DNA of 64,000 nucleotides from Callorhinchus milii (Eukaryota): NCBI RefSeq assembly GCF_018977255.1, contig NW_024704760.1, positions 992,001 to 1,056,000 of the forward strand, read 5' to 3'. Shown piece by piece: positions 13,491 to 24,680 of this stretch (position 1 is its first letter; each line of letters starts with the position of its first letter). The notes under the pieces were generated by a model. It saw only the letters and a program-made list of their open reading frames with translations, ran no database searches and was not told where the DNA came from. The position numbers and the translations under genes were made by a program.

Positions 13491-16269
13491 TCCAGCTCGG
13501 ACCACCCCACCCTTTAAGGCTTTGGCTCGCAGGGTTATCGGGAGCTGAGGGGGGAATGACGCATAGACTCCCAGACTGTGTGATATTGAGACACTGTGTG
13601 AGACTGAGACACAGTGTCAGGTGGTGTCAGTATTAATAGTCACATCAGATTATTGGTGTTCTTCAGTAACTGTGACAGAAGCTGTTTAACACAATGTGAA
13701 AGAATTCCTGGCAGTGGCTCAAACCAATGAGACAATCCGGTTCCAGAGAAAGTGATAATTCAAACCCACTCTGACTGGTTTGATGTCTGGCCCAGGATTA
13801 TTATACTCATATAGCAAAGGAACAAGCCTTGCCAGTCTGCCATGAGAATTCATTACATTTATATCCTCGCTCTTTTATTGAGGGATCGCATTTCTTCCCA
13901 CTGTCTGTCTGGCTGTTTAACTCTTACACTCACTCACTCCCGACAATCTCACCCAACACCCCCCCATTCCCCCAGACACACACGCCCTCCCATGGCATCT
14001 CTCTGTCTCTCTCCCTCCCTGTCTTTCCCTCTCTGTCTCTGTCTCTCTCGACTGCCCTCCTGGCAGTTGCTTGACATGTCGTGTCCCAAACTATATACTG
14101 TACCCCCAGATATTATTTTCTCTCTCTCTCACAGTCTCTCTCTGCCTCTCCCCTCACTCATTCAGTCTCTCCGTCTGTCTCTCTATCAGTCTCTCCTTGT
14201 CTGTGTCTGCCTCTCTCATTCCCTCTATCTCTCACAGTCTTTCTCTCTTCACCCCATGGAAGTGGGTGTTACGTGGGAGGGGGGGAGAGAGGGGGGGCTG
14301 TTGGGGGGAATAGCTCTGAACTAAAGCAGCTGAACAAATGTCCCGTTTAAATATTTAATGTTCTATTTCAAAAAAAAGTCAAGATGTTTTATTGTGTGAA
14401 TGTGGAATCTTACATTACGTGATATTAAAGCTGTTTTATTACCGGTGCGATTGAGGTGATGTATTATTTCCTGTGAAACCTGCTTCTGATTTCACTAAAT
14501 TAAGGGAATACATCAAACGCAAGATTCACGACCAAAGGGCTTTGAGAGGCAGATCAGGTCGGAGACGATGTTAGAAGAACATATTTCCTTAGAGACCAAC
14601 CCATCGAAACATCTCAAACAGCTTTACAGTAACTACAACAGCAACATATTAATAATAATAATGATAATAATAACCCTGGCATTTGATACAGCGCCTTATT
14701 ATGTCGTTGAGACGTCTCAAAGCGCTTCGCAGAATGTACTGTAAAGAGTAGTGACTGTGTGTTTTTATAGGCGAATGGGAGCAGAAAGTTTAACCCAATG
14801 TCGTGACTGATATATTCCTCCTTTGGGCCCCAGATTCTTCTTTTTATAAAGAAAACGACTTACGTAACAGTGTGAGGAGGAATAGCTGTCACTTTCGCTA
14901 CATGACAAGATGTGGCACTTGACAGTAATTACTTGTGAAGCACGTTTGAAGTCGTAAAGTTCCATAAAATGAATTGAGTTGGTTTTAATGAGAGAGATAA
15001 CAAACCCATCTAAATAATGGAGATGTTTCTTTCTCTAATGAAACAGTTCTGCAAGATCATCAAATGAATGGTTCTGGGGGTTTATTATAGCAAAATGCAA
15101 TTGGAAAACCCATTGAAATGATGAGCCTCGCTGTCTTGAACAGCCAAACAGGTTGTAAATTCCAGGAAATAAATAGATTAATGTCTTTACACTCAGATAC
15201 ATACAAAGGCACATGAAGCCCGACACTGAGCCAGACTGACAGACAGACAGACAGACATGCACACACACACAGGCAAGCACAGAGCTGGGCAGACATACAG
15301 AGACACACACGCGCGCGCACACAGACATATAGCCAGTCACAGAGAGCCCGATAAGAGACACAGACACATGCGTTCACACGCAGACACATGCACAGAGTCA
15401 GGCAGATAGAGAGAGAGAGAGAGACACACACACACACACACACACACACGTGCTTCGTCAGCAAACACGGCTGCCAATTTGCACTCAGCAAAGTCCCCCA
15501 AACAGCCATGAAGAGGGCGTCGTGGGATCTTTTAACGTCCGCCCGAAACGCAGCACAGACGGGAGTCGGATTTAACGTCTGATCCAAAGCACGGCGTCTC
15601 TGACAATGCCGTGCTCCCCCCCCCCACCCCCCACCCCCGCCCCCGCCCTGGAACACCAGCTCGAAATCCCTCCCAGACTCCTGACATGACACGGTGGGGG
15701 ATGTGGGGGATGGGGTGAGAGTTTTTCAAACTTTGCCAGGATTTAGTGGTTTAATCTGAGGACTGTCTGGCCCGCGGGGCAGAGAGTGTTATAATTTTAT
15801 TCTGCAAAGTAATCATTCTGACATTTCCTAATTCCTTTAAAATAATTTCGCACTGAACCAAGACAAGGCGCATAGTTGTTCAACTTCCATTTACAAAGGG
15901 CCTGGAGGAACCCATTTTTTTTTTTTGTTGTTTTTTTAAGCTACGCGAGACATTCAACCCACTCGCAAACCTCACAGCCGGCAACAATTTATTTTATTTT
16001 TTCGGCCGCGATAAATTGCGTGCGTGCCTCTGCTCTGTGTCCGGCTCGTTTAATTATTCAAAACGCACAGTACTCTAATTACTTGAGGGGGAATTTAGCG
16101 AGGCTGGATCATCGAAATTACCGCGAGCTAAGGCAGACTCTCATTACTCCCCTCACTCACTCACTCACTCACTCCCTCACTCACTCACTCACTCATCCCC
16201 CTCTGATATTCCTCTCTCACTACGATCGATCAGGAACAACACGTGACACTTGCATGTCCCAACGCGCGG

Positions 16270-16490
16270 GACGGTCAAGGATTTGGACCCGAGCTGGGGG
16301 TTGGGATCAGGTGGGGGGTGGAGGGCAGGGGGTAGGAGGGTGGGCCCAAGGCGCGGTCGAAGAGGAAGGTCTTGAGACGGGCCTTGAAGGAGACGAGGGA
16401 GGGAGGGAGGGTCTGTGGGATAGAGTTCCAGAGGGTGGGGGCAGAGTGCTGAAGGCCTGACCGCTGATGGTGAGGCCCATTAAAGAGAAG
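16270..16490 (-). mobile_element. L2 LINE 3' fragment
   Basis: The minus frame gives APTLWNSIP...SFKARLKTFLF, typical of the L2 ORF2 end. Confidence 0.85.
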
Positions 16491-17363
16491 TTTGATCGGG
16501 GGAACAGAGGGGGCACAGGGGCATGTGCAGCACAAACACCAGCACAGACTAGATGTGTGAATGGCCAGTTTCCATGCCGTCTCACTCTATGTAAACTTGT
16601 TCCCTGTCCTTTCCCTTCGTGCTTGAGGAGCTGTGAGAGCTCCCGAGGGGGGGGGTGGGGGGAGAACGTCAGTGTCGAGAGAACTGAACACCTGAGGCCA
16701 CCCAGAAGGGCTGACGTCAGAGTACCAACACAGCCACCAGAGAAATAAAAGAGAATCTGCTCAGTCTTTCAACCAGAATTTCTTTTCCGTTTATTCGTCA
16801 GCTCAATAAATGTGATTGCATTACGTTATTGCATTGTATGTTAGACTCGGCTTTTACTCAAAGCGTAACACAATAAAGCGTAGATTTCACTGCAGCGCAA
16901 AAACCTCAAAGCGATGTGAATGGCACCCGAACCTCGCGTGTTTGTTTGTTTCATCATCACTCGCAGAGCGAAGCTGGCGGGATATTTATAATACCTTTTG
17001 CCTCTGACACAGCGCCTTATCACGTCTTCGAGACGTCTCAAAGTGCTCCACAGGACACACTGTAATGTATAAGTGACTATGCATTTTGTGGGCGAAATGC
17101 AGAAGCCAATAGCGCACAGCAGTGTCCCACAAACAGTCGTGGAAATTCCACCTTGTCTTAGCCTGCGAGACCGTTTCGATTCAAATTTAATACTAATAGT
17201 AATAATAATCCTTGCAGGTGATACGGCGCCTTATCACGTCGTCGCGACGGCTCAAAGCGCTTTCGCAGGAAACGCTGATAAAAAAANTGTACAAATACAA
17301 CGATTGTGTGTTTTTGAGGGTGAAATTTGGAGAAGACCCAGAAATGGGGAAAACGGGCCGGTC

Positions 17364-17400
<37 letters not shown>

Positions 17401-18203
17401 CCCGTCGCTGGAGGGATCCGAAGGGCTGAAGGGTTTTCTTCATCCGAACGGCTCTCGTGATCTATTGTCCTTAAGGATGAGATGGGAACGTCGGGTTACA
17501 CTGCCCTCTGGTGGTCATACGGTAGTGACACACTCGTACCTCTCCATCCATTAGAGTAATCCTTGCGTTTGACCACCAGAGCCTTAACACGTCGTCGAGA
17601 CGTCTGAAAGCGCTTCGCAGGATATACTGTCAAGTGAATTGACTGTGTATTTTGTGAGTGAAAGGAGGCGGCCGATTGCCCACAGCGGTGACCCACAAAC
17701 AGTCGCGGATTGAGTGACCTAATTAGTTGTAAGAAAGTTTTCGATTCAATCTGAATCTGAACTGAAATTCAGACCCGCAGTTTCCCGAAAAGAAACCTGG
17801 CGTCCAGATAAAGACACGAGTTAAGGATTGTCTTCATCGCCTTAGATATTAAGCCTGAACGGTCTCTCAGGCTAAGACCAGGTGGAATTTTGGTTCTCAG
17901 AAGGTAAAATAAACAAGCGTGCGTCCTTCCATGGCCATGGTGTAAGATAAATGTGTGTCTGTCTGTCTGTGTGTTTCTGTGCATGTTTACATGTATGTGT
18001 GCAATTTAAAGGTCGTGCAGGAATGTGGAACATCCTTAAACTCAGTCATTTAAGGAATATAAAAAAAGACTGAAGATTTTTGGAATTTGATTTGCCCCCA
18101 ATCTAAAGCCAGTCATAAGGAGATGGGCCTTGGGGTGTCGAGAGTGCAGACCTGAAGACCTGCCACAAAGACAAGCCTTAACAGGCCGCACGCCAGTGGA
18201 CAC

Positions 18204-18621
18204 TCACTCTGAGGACACGTCTCTGACCCAAACCTTGATCAGAGAGTTTGTGTCGTACGTCATTGTGCCCGAGACCTGGACTTGGGCCAGGCTGACTCTG
18301 ACCAACTCATTTTCATTGGACCTGAAGACGGCCTTTCTCTGGAGGGCTGGGGAAGGGTCGGGACCCTTCACCACCGAGTACATATCTTGCCTGTCTCTGA
18401 GGCCGAGGTCTTGTGTGACGAACAAGCCGAGGTTTGGGCATAGCTCCCCCATGGCCACCGGGGTCTCAAACATCACAGCAACGAGGCTCGAGCCCAGCTG
18501 GTAACTCAACACCCCAACGCACTGGATGGAGGCTGGGCTGGTGGAGTAGGAGCTGACGCCCACACCTCCCGGTGGGATGTCCTCTGGCTCCTTGGTGGTC
18601 TCACTGATGTCGAGGAAGATC
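18204..18621 (-). CDS. Actinoporin-like protein (Anemone_cytotox/PF06369-type fold), coding exon 2 (IFLDISETTKEPEDIPPG...VGVLSYQL...VAVMFETP...DMY...VSGTMTYDTNSLIKVWVRDVSSE*); spliced protein 161 aa
   Basis: Acceptor tttatttcccag|G in phase 2, compatible with exon 1. VGVLSY, AVMF..P, MY and the C-terminal GTM....IKV.V occur in the order and spacing of actinoporin VGVLAY, LAVLFSVP, MY and GFM...ILEIHV. Confidence 0.85.
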
Positions 18622-18673
18622 CTGGGAAATAAACCAGGGGCTGGTGAGGATCGAGGCAAGGGCGAGGACAGAG

Positions 18674-19042
18674 ATAATAGCAATAATAATCCTTGCATTT
18701 GATACAGCGCCTTATCACGCTGTTGAAACGTCTCAAAGCGCTTCACAGGATACACTGTAATGTGAATTGAATGTATATTTTGTGGGCGAAATGCGGCAGC
18801 CAATTGCGCACAGCAGCGTCCCCACAAACAGTGGTGGATTAAGTAATTAAAGGGATTATTACCCCCAGAAAAGCAATCTGCCAATCGACTAACAACTGGG
18901 TTCCTACTTAACTGCTTGGTAAACAGAGGCGTGTGTAGTAAGAAAATTTGCCCAAGGGATTTTGCCCTGACCCACATGGGAATCGAACCCGGGTCCTCTC
19001 ACTTGCGAGGCGAGTGCGTTAATCACTACACTACCCGACTCC
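18674..19042 (-). mobile_element. tRNA-derived SINE, full length, inside the intron of the actinoporin-like gene
   Basis: Family head, body and tail; lies between the donor (19133) and acceptor (18622). Confidence 0.9.
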
Positions 19043-19133
19043 AAATTTGCACACTCTTAACCCGACCTCCAAGTTAGACAGACAGACAGACAGACAGACG
19101 CCAGTATCGCTGTGTAAAGAGACTCCGACTCAC

Positions 19134-19201
19134 CTGGGGCTGGTCAGTGAGGCCACTTTGCTTTCATTGGTGATCGTAACTTCAACGGACGCAGATTTCA
19201 T
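19134..19201 (-). CDS. Actinoporin-like protein, coding exon 1 (MKSASVEVTITNESKVASLTSP-R)
   Basis: Minus-strand ATG at 19201 (acgATG, A at -3) with an in-frame TGA 15 nt upstream; acceptor (C-rich tract...ctcccag) just before 19219; donor AG|GTGAGT after 19134, phase 2. The V.I.NES motif matches actinoporin strand 1 (IAVGVDNESG). Confidence 0.85.
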
Positions 19202-20744
19202 CGTAGCAAAATCTCAGGTCTGGGAGACTTTATTAGGGAATGTGGGGGTGGGGGGGGGGGAAATCAATTTGCTTTTAATAAACGTCACAGAGAAAGAGCG
19301 AAAGGTTATTACGAGGGGCCAAATAAAAGCCAGTTACATTAAACCGTCCGCTTGCTCATAGCGGAGCTTAAGGTGGGCAGAAACTGGATGCGATCTGGAA
19401 AGTTAAACACATTAAACCAACGGCTTGCTGGTTGGGTCTTTGGTAAAGCTCTGCTCCAGTGTCAGAACTTGGGAGTTGAGGTACGTACAGATCAGCCACG
19501 ATCTTCTAGAATGGCGGAACAGGCTCGACGGGCTGAATGGCCTCCTCCTGTTTCCTATGGCACGAAAGGTCATCAGCCCTGAAACGTTAAGCCACTTTCC
19601 TCTCTCCATTGATGCGGCCTGACCTGCTGAGCGTTCCCAGCCACTTCTGGGTTGTATTTCAGATTTCCAGTGGTTTTTTTTGCCTTCTGTTCTATTATTG
19701 CTGTATTTGTGTCCGCGAGTGCGTGGGCAACCTCTCCGGCAGAGGGCGCCGTTTCCCTCCCTCTGTTCCCCAAGTTTGGATCTCTTGAGTTTCTATTGCA
19801 TTCCAACGAAGCCCTCGGCAACCTCCAGGAACCTCTTAAACCCACCCCAGATAAGGCCTTAAGCTGAGCTCCTTTCTGTGCCCTGTCCAGGTGGACGTTA
19901 AAGATTCCCCGCAGCGATATTGCAAAAGCGAAGGGAGTTTTTCTCTCTCCCTCCCCCGGTGTCCTGGCCAACAATATAAGATAAGTTGGCCGTTGGCTTC
20001 ATGGCTGTTTGAGGGACCTTGCGGAGCTGAATGGCTCCTGCGTCTGCCAACAAATACAAAGTCACTATACTCTTGACCGAAGTATTTTTTTTGTAAAAAA
20101 ACAATTTTGAAGGGATTGTTACCCAGAGAAAAGCGATCCACCAATCAACTAACAACCAGGTTCCTGCTTACTGCTCAGTATCGGAGGCGTGTGTGTGGAG
20201 TAAAAGGAACTTGCCCTACGTTTGGACCTGCCCGGGAATCGTACCAAGTCCTCTCGCTTGGGAGCGCTCTAACCACTGAGCTACAGGATTCCACAATCTA
20301 AAAAGATCGCCTGAATAAGCAGCGTCTCATGATCTTTTTTTTACCCAAAGCGTTTTGCAAATAAATGTCTCGGGGAACCATATAAACCCATATAAACCCG
20401 CTCGAGTCTCAAAGGTCCAAATGCGCTAAAGTCAGTCAGTGGTAATACGGTGTTTGCTTTTGAAACCCCCAAAAAATCTTTTCTGCAATTTAAATGCACG
20501 TTTTCGGGGGTGGGGTGGGGGGGAATTTTTTTCAGATTCTTCTCCCCCCAACAGATTTGATCTGTTAATTAACCCCTTCACATAACCCATTAATTAACAC
20601 ATTGAATCTTCTAATTAATATTGTAATTTTCAGTTAGTAATTAGAGCCTGCGGTTCCAGTTGTGCCCAGAGCAGGACTGACAGTTTCAAGGTTTCCATTT
20701 ACGAAGCTACCAACCGTCAGAGATTCATTGCCATTTCATGGAAC

Positions 20745-21125
20745 AACAATAATAATAATAATCCTTGCATTTGGTACAGCGTCTTATCACGTCTTCAAGA
20801 CGTCTCAAAGCGCTTGACAGAATATATTGTAAATACTGTATATTTTGTGGGCGAAACTCGGTAGCCAATTGCGCACAGCAGTGTCCCACAAACGGTCGTA
20901 GCGTGAGTGACCAAATTATTATTGTATTTTTTTTGAATGGATTATTAACCCCCAGAAAAGCAATCCTCCGATTGATTAACAACCGGGTTCTTACTTACTG
21001 CTAGGTAAAGAGAGGCGTGCGGAGTAAGGAAGTTTGCTCAACGTTTCTTCCTGCCCAGCCGGGAATTGAACCCGGGTCCTTTCAGTTGCAAGGCGAGTGC
21101 TCTTAACCACTGTGCTGCAGGACTA
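20745..21125 (-). mobile_element. tRNA-derived SINE, full length
   Basis: Family head, body and tail. Confidence 0.9.
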
Positions 21126-21714
21126 CACTGGTCACAGTAAAACTAATTCCTGCTAGCTTTGAAGCGACCCCATCAAATGCAACTATTAACTTGCTTCTCG
21201 TTAGCATGTCTCTGTTAATCGCCCGCAGGACTCACTCCACTCCACCACTGCTCACAGACAAGTTATTTAAAAGCAAACCGCGCTTCCTTCCTCCTGCAAT
21301 GGCTGTTAGTACGTTGATTGCTCAGTGTAGGACTAACCTGTCTCGGGTTCGATCACTGAACAGCTGCAGAATCGGAGATGTATAATTGCCTTCAGCAACG
21401 GCAGGCCAGCGAGGAGAGATTAATAATTAGCCAACGTTTCCTGATCACTCCTCTTGGTGACACCTATTGCGAAATGCACATTGCGTAAGGGCGATATCGA
21501 GCTCAGTACATTTCCACACCCACTTCCCTACCCTACCCCCACCCACTCCTCTCCCGGCATAAGTTGGTAAACATTGTCTCCAAGGAGCATTGCTACTAAC
21601 AGCACAGCCCAGCCTGGATCAACAGCAGGACTTGGACGGGCAGACCAGTCACTGGAGACTCAACTCAGCACCTGTTAACTGTGGAAGCCAAAGCCCTAAC
21701 GGGTTGGGTGCTCA

Positions 21715-22028
21715 CAAGCAATGGTGAAGCTTGCCAGGCAGGGCTCTCAATGGCAAGCTGTGTGGTTTTTCGCTGATTAGACCTCAACCCACACTTTGGG
21801 CTCCCCCCAAGCCTTGGCTCTTGCCAACTTGCATCTAATACTTTCCAGAATTAGGTAAGCAGAGTGCGTCCCTCCAGGGAGAGAGAGAGAGAGAGAGAGC
21901 GCATTCCATTCCAACAATCTATCTCTGGATTTTTTTTTGTGTGTAGGTGGGATGCATGGAATGCTCAGTTTGGGTTGGAGACTCTTAAGCACCGTGATGG
22001 GTTTCCGCCTGCGTCAGACTCCCGGCTG
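21715..22028 (-). repeat. Unclassified ~300 bp interspersed repeat, copy B (inverted)
   Basis: Direct visual alignment with 13188-13490. Confidence 0.85.
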
Positions 22029-22254
22029 AGCAAAAACTTGCCTAAGGTTTCGCCCTGACCGGGAATCGAACGCAGGTCCCTCTCGCTTACGAGGCGAGGG
22101 CTCTAACCACTAGGCAAGAGGACCCCACTCCGTTTACTGTAGAGCGTGGCAATGGTGCAGTTTGTGGTCTCGTAAACTCAACTGGAAACTCTTGCGTAAG
22201 TAATGCTAACATCAAGTTCATACCACAGCAAAACCGAAGAAACTGAAGATACAT

Positions 22255-22610
22255 AAAACGCAAAATACTGTCGGACGCTGGAAATCTGAAACACAAACAG
22301 AAGCGGCCGGGAAAGCACTCAAGCAGCGGCGGGTCAGGCAGCATCTACGGAGAAAGGAAAGCGAGTCCAGGTTTCAGGTCCAACGACCCTTTGTCGGAAC
22401 ATCAACAACAACATTACACTTGTATCGCGCCTTTCACGTCGGGGGGGAGGGGGCGTCCCCGAGGAGGGTGGGGGGGCGGGACGTGTCCGGTTCTCCCACC
22501 TACACGCGCCCCAGGTTCTGACGCGGTGGGTCGCGGACCCGAAACGTCGACTCGCCTTCCTTTCTCCGCAGGGGCTGCCTGAGGCGTTCCCGGCCGCTCC
22601 TGCCTTTGGC
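22255..22610. mobile_element. Penelope-like repeat ends in inverted orientation (22255-22400 minus, 22515-22610 plus), with a short L2 tail between them
   Basis: Both arms match the shark-type repeat GACCTGAAAC...TCTCC...GCTGCCTGACC...TTTCAGATTTCCAGC. A third copy lies at ~19565-19690. Confidence 0.6.
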
Positions 22611-22885
22611 GCGGAAGACGCGCGCAGACGAACCTTAAACTGCGTCGCGTTGTAAAATATAGTATTATCATAAAATATATGATTTTACCAGAAAAGTTAC
22701 AGAGTTAGTACCTGGGGATACCCAACTGGTGTCCAGAACCTGCAGCTCACTGACCAGTGAGGGAAAGGAGAAGTGAAATGAGACTTACAAACCCCTCTAA
22801 ACCACCACCACCACCAAAAAAAAAAAAAATTGAGCGAAAACCTTTTTCTCCCCCAAAATGAGTTGGGCTTTGAGTTAAGGAGTGG

Positions 22886-23017
22886 NNNNNNNNNNNNNNN
22901 NNNNNNNNNNNNNNNNNNNNNNNNNNNNNNNNNNNNNNNNNNNNNNNNNNNNNNNNNNNNNNNNNNNNNNNNNNNNNNNNNNNNNNNNNNNNNNNNNNNN
23001 NNNNNNNNNNNNNNNNN
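22886..23017. other. Assembly gap immediately 5' of the CpG island (other gaps: 2018-2166, 9779-9946, 25233-25451, 62783-62988)
   Basis: Runs of N. Confidence 1.
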
Positions 23018-23500
23018 GGGGCCTGGGCGGAGTCTCCCTGCACTTGTCGCCCAGGCAACCACGTCACTCAGTACGCGTCACCGGGCTTCAGCCACGCCCG
23101 CCCACTTTCAACCCGCGGCCACGTGGGGGCAGCCGGGCCGGTGACGCGCTCCCGCCCCACCCCCACCCAACCACCCTCTCCCTCGCTTCCGATTGGTCAG
23201 AGTTGCCGTCAGTCAAAGGCGGGTCGGGCGGAGTGGGGCGGGGTTCCCCGCCCGTCCGCCGCCGTGATTGGCCACGGGCGGGGGCGGCTGTCTGTCTGTC
23301 GACGCGACGCGCGCGCTCACGTCGCGGTGGCGGGGATGAGGAGGGAGAGAGCGTGATGACGCTCTGCCGGTGGCACGCGGCGCGCACGTCGCGGGCGGGA
23401 GGGCGACGGGTGCTTTGCAGTCGAGAGAAGGAGACGAGAGCGCGAGAGAGAGAGAGAGAGAGAGACACAGAGACTGAGAGAGAGGTGTCCGGTCAGAGTT
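23018..23500 (+). promoter_or_regulatory. CpG-island promoter of CTTNBP2NL
   Basis: Very CpG-dense. Inverted CCAAT boxes (ATTGG ~23192, ~23267), several GC boxes (GGGGCGGGG ~23235, ~23277), CCACGTCA (~23059) and CCACGTGG (~23119); 7 kb upstream of the first coding exon, which starts with a splice acceptor. Confidence 0.85.
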
Positions 23501-23755
23501 ACGGTATCACCGTATAGTATATAAAAAAAAACACCTCGAAATATCTCCAGAACAGATCGAGAAAAGCCCTCGAGGAGGGGAGTGGGGGTGAGGAGAGGGG
23601 GTACAGACGACGACCAGAAAGTGTGGGAACCGTCCCGTGTGTCGCTGTGTGTGTGTGTGTGAGGGGGGGAGTGGGGGGGTGTGAGGGGAGAGTTTTTTTT
23701 TAACCGCAGAGCGAGTTCCCTCCCCCCCCCAAAAAAAAAAAAAAAAAATCCTGAG
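23420..23755 (+). other. Probable non-coding exon 1 (5'UTR) of CTTNBP2NL
   Basis: Follows the CpG island and ends at CTGAG|GTAAA (GT at 23756). The start is approximate; a second possible donor is TTGAG|GTGATT at 24112. Confidence 0.5.
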
Positions 23756-24279
23756 GTAAAAAAAATATTATATTTTATTTCGCGATCGGTTTATTTTTTT
23801 TTCCGGTTCGGTTTCTTGAGGGTTTTTTTTTATTATAATAATTAACGTTTCTCTCCCTCTCTCTCTCGTCTCCTCTCCTCTCTCTCTCTTCCCCCCCCCC
23901 CTCTTCAAAAAAAAAAGATCGTTTCTTTATTTCTTTTCTTCTCCTCCGCACACCTTTTTTTTCCCCTTCTCCTTCTTCTTCCTTCTTCTTCTTCTTCTTC
24001 TTCTTCTCCTCCTCCTTCTCCTCTTCCTTTCTGTCTATTCCTCCTCCGGAGGGAAAGAATATACATTCTCTCGACGAAGAGTCCCGTCGAGTCTTCGTGT
24101 CTTGATTTGAGGTGATTTTTATTTAATTTTATTTAATTTTATTTTATTTTTTCCTCTCTCTCTCCTCTCTCTCTCTCTCTCCTCTCTCCTCTCTCTCTCT
24201 CTTCTGGGAGGAAAATCAAAAGAAAAAAAATCTCTGCTCGCGTTTAGATTTTTTTTTGGGGGGGGGAGGGGGGGAAAAA

Positions 24280-24680
24280 TTATATATATATATGTATTAT
24301 ATTGTATTTAAATGTATAATATTCCACGTGTGTGTATATTATGGATTTCATTGTATGTTGTGGTTATGGATAGTATAACAATCTTTGCATTTGCTGTGGC
24401 GCCTTATCACGGCTTCCTTATTGCCTATATTTTATATTTAACTGTATATTTTACGTGTGTATATATATTTAAATGTGTATATTATATATGATATTTAAGT
24501 ATCCTTTATGTATATATATTTAAATGTGTATATATCGCATAACATTTTATATTTAACTATACGTATAGGTATTATTTAAATGTGTATATGTTATATATAT
24601 AATATTTTATACTTAACCATATATTTTATGTATATATATCATATTTAAATGTGTATATTGTATATTATATTTAAAGCAAA
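24280..24680. repeat. AT-rich degenerate minisatellite (recurring ATTTAAATGTGTATAT core)
   Basis: The core recurs about five times at ~50-160 nt spacing in the CTTNBP2NL 5' intron. Confidence 0.7.

Noticed and set aside
18622-18977. N-terminal ~118 aa of the 257-aa ORF 18204..18977
   Set aside because: It is translated intronic SINE sequence. The real exon begins at the acceptor at 18621.
22882-23517. 211-aa Arg/Gly-rich ORF and its antisense ORF
   Set aside because: GC-rich CpG island plus N gap; stop-poor because of composition.
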